Shown here: positions 61,039 to 64,000 of the stretch, one piece after another | Layout: every line of letters starts with the position of its first letter | Position numbering within the stretch: the first letter of the stretch is position 1 | NCBI GenBank assembly: GCA_003971905.1 | Contig: RSEE01000025.1 | Coordinates: 186,001-250,000 of the forward strand | From: Moniliella sp. 'wahieum' | Taxonomy: Eukaryota | Direction: 5' to 3' | Length of the DNA: 64,000 nucleotides | The notes under the pieces: generated by a model | Database searches by the model: none | Told to the model about the DNA's origin: nothing | The model's input: the letters and a program-made list of their open reading frames with translations, nothing else | Position numbers and translations under genes: made by a program

Positions 61039-62256
61039 CACCCATACTTCATTTCCTTGGCGCTGTTGGCCATGGTGGTGTCATTAATGCCATTCCCTGC
61101 GTCCAGTTGGTACACTCTGAGCATCTGAGGGATCTGAGTTCCCTTGTCGCCCGGCTTGGGTGCTGCGTTCCACCGTTCCACCGTGTTCTAGCACAGGCGG
61201 AGCTGTTGCACTCCATCGACCATCCCGATACCCACATCCACAACGAGCAGACTGTGGAGGAAGGGGGAGAGACGGGGTGTGGGGCGATGCGTACTGACTA
61301 GTGGCTACCGAGTGATGGGAGCTGGAGAGCATTCGGAGGGGCAGATGGAGGCGGACCTCACGTTGCGGGACTCGGAACACCGAAGGCGACGTCTGCGTAC
61401 CGGAGGGTGGTAAACGAGAGCACCGCAACATAACTGTTGGAATGCCAGCAGAAGGAGAGCTGCTTCGACTGTTGGAAAAGCAGAAGGCGACAAGAACGCC
61501 GAGTACTGTTGCAGGGACGCACTCCAGAACCATTCTTCCCCTTGGCTAGGATGCGGGCGCGAGGATACTATGCCAGCAAAATGGCAATCAAGATGTTTGA
61601 CCACGGGAAAGAATTAACTAATGCGTCTCATTGGAGATGGTTCACTTCTCGGATGTGTCTGCCCCGCTCATTCATATCCACGCGCGACTACCTCAAGTAT
61701 GAAAAGGAATCGCGCGGGTGCGAGAGGGTCCTGATCTACAGGCGGTTTTTCCGCAGTACGCCGGATGAGGAGGTCGGTTGCGTTCCTTTGTCCCAGCCTT
61801 ATGCTTTGTAAATGATATGATTGCAATATAAGGACAAGGATGTTCAAAGAGAGCCACACGGTCCGCCCCATTTGGACGAAACGAAGGCCTTTCGTCTTGG
61901 AGAGCTTGGATATGTTAGTACTAAAGTTCAATGTCTGCATGGTCAACGTTCAACGTGCTTCATGTTCAACTCGTGCGAGGTCTGTGCGGTCCAACCTTCC
62001 ACTTGAACGTGGAGCGTTTTCTTGGGGACTTGTGGCCGTGGTCCAAATGATCCAGATGTTTGGGGATCAGATCTCAGAGCTAACCGAAACCCAGCCTCTT
62101 TCTATAAACTTTGTGTCATTACCACGATGGGGAGCTCGATTCACCCATTGGTCCATGCCGCCTCCAAAGCTTCATCAGCTGCACCCTACACGAGCACATG
62201 CCGAGACCAACGTCTCGTATCTGCACTACAGTAAAGACATGAAGTGGCAATCCTTA

Positions 62257-62884
62257 TTAGAGGGTAAACGAGCGAACCATCATGATATGTGGCTGGCCCG
62301 CATCATCAAAGGGCTCCCCTACTGGGGCGTAACCCAACTTCTCGTAGAATCCTTGAACTGGTATCTGAGCTCCCAGCTTGATCGTGCATACCTTGCCCTC
62401 GTTTCCTGGGGCCAGGGCGGTGTACAGCCACCACTCAGCCGCTTGAACCAGAAACTTACCAGTACCGCCCTTGCGATGAGGCAATCCCACTGCGAGCCGG
62501 CCTAGTTTAGCCCCGACAGCACCCGTGTTGCCAGCGGAGACGAAAGCCTTGCGGAAGCGAGCAACTACCGCCTCCTCTGTTTCAGCCGGACCCAGGGGAT
62601 CAGAAGGGAGGGGCAACGGGACCGGGCGACTCTCACCCGGGTAGGGAGAGTAACGAAGCGCATCGTGCCAATGACCTTGCTGGGATCACTGGTGGCGTAC
62701 AGTGCGAAATGAGCTGCCGGCTCGTCCCAACTGTCCACCTCATCCTCGGGCGAAAAGCCCTGCTCGCTCTCGAAAACACCGACACGCACATCGTAGCAGC
62801 CGAGCTTATCATTAGCATCCAGCGCCAGGCGCCATGCCAGCTCAGACGGGGTGGAACGGGCTTTTTCGGAGGAGAAGAACACAT
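62257..62884 (-). CDS. GNAT-family N-acetyltransferase, ElaA/YjcF-like (frameshifted; start uncertain)
   Basis: CYDVRVGVFESEQGFSPEDEVDSWD..AAHF..IGTMR; KLGRLAV..HRKGGTGKFLV; LGAQIPVQGFYEKLGY..VGEPFDDAGQPHIMM. Confidence 0.88.
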
Positions 62885-63456
62885 CGCTCGGAGGTTGTTG
62901 GGCAGGGTGCAATGGTGGGAGGGGAGACCAGCTAGCTGTCTCCCGTCCTTCGGACGCCCCACCAGAATGACTAGGGCCGCATCTCGCATCAGCCTCTGCG
63001 ATCCTGCTAGGGAAATGCTGCATTTCACGTTGCCAATGAAATTTCACTACCAGATGGGTCCAAAAGCCACCAAGGCCATCTCCGAGATGACCTTGTCCCC
63101 AGGACTGAGGCAGAAGCGATACTTGTCCAGGCCAAACCACCACGACCCACGCCACGCAGTTTTCATCATTTCTCGTAACCATCAAAAGACGTTTCGCTCT
63201 AAAGTACTGAGGACGATGTCAAGTCATCTATTAGGTGCTTTTGGTGGCTAGAGTGTTGCGCCACATCGGACTAGCGATAAACGCGGATGAGGATGAGGAG
63301 GCGTGGCAATACGCCCATGTGTAGATTCATCTTGCTGCTAGCTGCACCAGTAACAGAGGTCAGAGCATGACCGCAAATGGGTCATGGCCATTGATAGTGA
63401 ATTAAGCGCAGCACCCTCCCGGCAGCCATTAGCCACTAGGGGTGTGCTTCAAGTTC

Positions 63457-64000
63457 TTAATACCCAGCCGCTCCAGGAGCAGCCTCGCCCTCCTTGGCCA
63501 GGGACAGGTAGAGGTCACGCATCCGAGTGTTGTCCACGGCGGCACCCTGGGAGGTTTGGCGATCGTCTTGCTCTGATCCGACTCGAGTCCTAGATATTTG
63601 TTGACCCGTTCCAAGTCGTGCCCTCAACCAAGTCCTTGTCCCGCTGTGCCAGCAACGCCGCCTCATTCTCCTGTAACCACAAGAGTTAGTCACACCTGTA
63701 TTTGCCGGTAGCGAGATGATAAAACGTACTTGTTCTTCGCGATGGTCTTTTCCTTCTTCGTATTGTATTCCTCGTAGAATGTATCGATCTCGCGCTCTGC
63801 ACGCGAGATTGTCTCGCCGCCCTTAAGCCTCTCAGCCGTTGCATTGCGAGCCGCAATGTCGTCGGCTTGTCGGGAGCGCCAGGCACGCACTGCCTCAGGC
63901 TCGCCCGCCTCATCATCATCATCGTACGGGTTGGCAGGGGCAACAGCCATAGAAGGACCCAGTTAAACTGGAACGTGTGACTCGCCACCTCTGTTCCTCG
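63457..64000 (-). CDS. CLC1: clathrin light chain, 3' part (intron ~63671-63729); 5'-truncated by window
   Basis: [48 protein letters not shown] | ENEAALL..GTTWERV..; [26 protein letters not shown]-terminus; gtacgt..ctaac..cag intron. Confidence 0.9.

Noticed and set aside
61040..62250. ORF fragments including 61840-62505 (+)
   Set aside because: No recognisable domain; the 3' part of the long ORF is antisense to the GNAT gene.

Overview
Eukaryotic DNA from an intron-poor, GC-rich fungus, most likely a basidiomycete (inferred from protein motifs and short GT..CTRAC..AG introns). Nearly every gene, including highly conserved ones, is broken by 1-bp indels, consistent with an unpolished long-read assembly, so gene ends are approximate. 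Recognisable genes, in order: RAD23 (3' end), Crz1-like C2H2 transcription factor, arrestin-like protein, intron-containing tRNA-Gln(CUG), DPH2, NSA2, MED12/SRB8, ROT1, PNGase A, a large disordered hypothetical protein, LIM-C1-RhoGAP (Rga1-like), FET4, Pcl-type cyclin, SPX-EXS (SYG1), RPL36, SGF11, a coiled-coil hypothetical protein, a GNAT acetyltransferase and clathrin light chain (3' part). The most unusual signal is non-coding. Intergenic DNA throughout the window carries arrays on a 7-bp lattice of TNA triplets separated by 4-bp, usually palindromic, spacers (e.g. TCA-AGCT, TAA-CCGG, TGA-CGCG, TCA-TGCA). The spacer identity changes between and within arrays while the register is kept. I cannot assign this to a known repeat class. 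No transposase, CRISPR or rRNA was recognised.
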